Positions 62,584-64,000 of a stretch of DNA of 64,000 nucleotides are shown one piece after another. A model generated the notes under the pieces. That model searched no databases, was not told the origin of the DNA, and worked only from the letters and a program-made list of their open reading frames with translations. The position numbers and the translations under genes were made by a program. Position 1 is the first letter of the stretch, and the number at the start of each line of letters is the position of its first letter. Source of the DNA: Alphaproteobacteria bacterium (lineage in GTDB: Bacteria; Pseudomonadota; Alphaproteobacteria; UBA9219); contig JAQVZU010000002.1 in NCBI GenBank assembly GCA_028708035.1, positions 300 to 64,299 on the forward strand. The letters are read 5' to 3'.

Positions 62584-63984
62584 ATGCTTCTTTTCGCAGC
62601 GGCGTTGCTGACGGTAACGGGTTTCCGCGTTTGTAACATTCTTGAGAGAAGCGTCGGCGCTGATTTTTACCAATATTGGGCGATAGGTCTTGGCCCCGAA
62701 CTGAGCAAGGGCGCTTTAAAAAGCCCCTACGTTCAGCTTCCCGAATATGTGTCGGCGTTCGACGCGCAAGCCAAAAAAACCAGCGATCTCCGCCTGTTTG
62801 CGGTCAACAAGCTTGGTCATCGCTGGTATGAAAAAGGACTCGATATACCCGGTACCCCGCTGCTGTATGCGCTATTTGGGGCGTCCTCGTTTGACTACTC
62901 AAAAACATTCACAGTCTTTTCTATCGCCAAGGCGCTTCTGTTCGTTGGTGCTACATGCTTGTTTCTTGTGTGCTGGCAAACAAAGCTCCATCTGCTGTTG
63001 CCGTTGTCGCTTGCTATTGCCTTTGGTTACGGTCCACTGATAAATGACTTTCGCGTAGGCAATCTGGCCGCGCTTCAATACGCCATTATCCTCGCGCTAT
63101 CTTTTTTTTTGGACTCCTTACAAAAAGAATCCCCCAGACGTTTCCCGGAAATTTTCTTCATAAGCTTCCTGGCATTTTTGGTTCTTGTTAAGCCCAATAT
63201 CCTTCTTGTCGCGCTTGCTTTATCGGCTGTTTTCTGGCGCAAGCGCGGCGGCAAGGCTTTCGTTGTCTCCGCCTTAAGCGCCACGTTTTTAAGCTTATTT
63301 CTGATCGCGCTTCCTTGTATCCATTACGGCTCGCCGTCCGTCTGGAACGATTGGCTGGGATATCTCTCAGCCCTTGAAAGCAAGCGCTTTTACCCGATCA
63401 AAGACGGCAACTCTTCGTTGACGCTTGCGCTTGCTGACGCATTGGGAACACCACCAACTATTGTCTGCGCGTTGGTCGCTTTTCTTCTTCTCACGCACGT
63501 GCTGTATGCCGTTCATAAAAACAGGCCCGCGGAAGTCCCTCGCTTTGATTACGCCAAGGCCGCAATATCCGCCTTCATGCAAGATGCTTTTCTGTGCGTA
63601 TCCGCCGCTATTGTCGTAACTCTCGCGACTTCCCCATTGGTGTGGCAGCATTACTATGTTCTCTCGCTGATCCCCGCATTCTGGCTCATCGCAAAAAGTT
63701 CTTCGTCAAGTCGCTTGGCATTCCTCGCACTGCTCTCTCTTGCGCTTTCCTCGGGCTTGTTACCAATGGCAGTTCCCTTTTTCAGAAAAGGCGCGGCCCA
63801 ATACATCGTCGTTGCAACCGCATGGATGCCTTTGTGGTTCGGAATCCAAACCGTCGTAGCTAATAGGTTGAAAAACCTTACATTTTTAAAATTTGAAAAG
63901 CCTACGGATGCCCTTTCGGATTCTGAAAATCAACGTCCGCATACTTGCGTTCCGGCGCAGGAAAAGCGCATGATAGGGAAATGA
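62584..63984 (+). CDS. Polytopic membrane protein, possibly a DUF2029/GT87-like glycosyltransferase
   Basis: 466-aa protein with more than ten TM helices and a large first loop. This is a weak family call. Confidence 0.4.
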   Translation: MLLFAAALLTVTGFRVCNILERSVGADFYQYWAIGLGPELSKGALKSPYVQLPEYVSAFDAQAKKTSDLRLFAVNKLGHRWYEKGLDIPGTPLLYALFGASSFDYSKTFTVFSIAKALLFVGATCLFLVCWQTKLHLLLPLSLAIAFGYGPLINDFRVGNLAALQYAIILALSFFLDSLQKESPRRFPEIFFISFLAFLVLVKPNILLVALALSAVFWRKRGGKAFVVSALSATFLSLFLIALPCIHYGSPSVWNDWLGYLSALESKRFYPIKDGNSSLTLALADALGTPPTIVCALVAFLLLTHVLYAVHKNRPAEVPRFDYAKAAISAFMQDAFLCVSAAIVVTLATSPLVWQHYYVLSLIPAFWLIAKSSSSSRLAFLALLSLALSSGLLPMAVPFFRKGAAQYIVVATAWMPLWFGIQTVVANRLKNLTFLKFEKPTDALSDSENQRPHTCVPAQEKRMIGK

Positions 63985-64000
63985 AAAGCCCTTTATTTTC

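Overview
This window looks like an origin-proximal stretch of an alphaproteobacterial chromosome, about 52% GC and almost entirely housekeeping genes, with a few clearly non-canonical insertions.

Recognisable genes, in order: phaA and phaB; ihfA with a MerR-family regulator; ybeY and corC/tlyC; comM/yifB; yqeY and dnaG; leuA; a CPA2 K+/H+ antiporter; a cbpA-like J protein; a Bax-inhibitor-1 family protein; the mnmG-rsmG-parA-parB block; rho; a DUF299 (PpsR/PDRP) protein; mreC, mreD and mrdA; hslVU; dut; an NfeD-stomatin pair; rpsO and pnp; etfB and etfA; secA; dnaA; rpsT; a yfgM-like gene, bamB and der; and two tRNAs (Val-CAC and a probable Phe-GAA).

The most interesting feature is a co-directional trio at 52.2-56.0 kb, immediately downstream of dnaA and upstream of secA. 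It encodes a VirB9-like secreted protein, a VirB10/TrbI-like bitopic protein and a Pro/Ala-rich coiled-coil bitopic protein. That order matches DotH(IcmK)-DotG(IcmE)-DotF(IcmG) of type IVB (Dot/Icm) secretion systems. Finding it embedded in a housekeeping neighbourhood would be unusual for an alphaproteobacterium. A 411-aa membrane protein beside parB at 22.2-23.5 kb may be a further dispersed piece, such as a DotM-like protein.

A 1609-aa DUF4011-SF1 helicase-DUF559 endonuclease-DUF3320 protein of unknown function sits directly 3' of the probable tRNA-Phe, in an island-like position at the window edge.

The AT-rich rho-DUF299 intergenic region (about 31.5-32.1 kb) carries a perfect CtrA-type TTAA-N7-TTAAC site, two 8/9 DnaA boxes, a 16-bp palindrome and a 20-bp direct repeat. 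It is the best candidate for oriC, and hemE is absent from the usual hemE-Cori-DUF299 arrangement.

Synteny anomalies: mnmE is missing from the rho-mnmG block and is replaced by a divergently transcribed hypothetical gene plus a PAS-GGDEF gene; dnaG is not followed by rpoD; mreCD-mrdA lacks both mreB and rodA; a HAD hydrolase lies between etfB and etfA; and an orphan type IV pilin lies next to comM.

A possible Leu-rich leader peptide upstream of leuA and several intrinsic terminators are noted. No CRISPR array, rRNA, IS element or integrase is visible.
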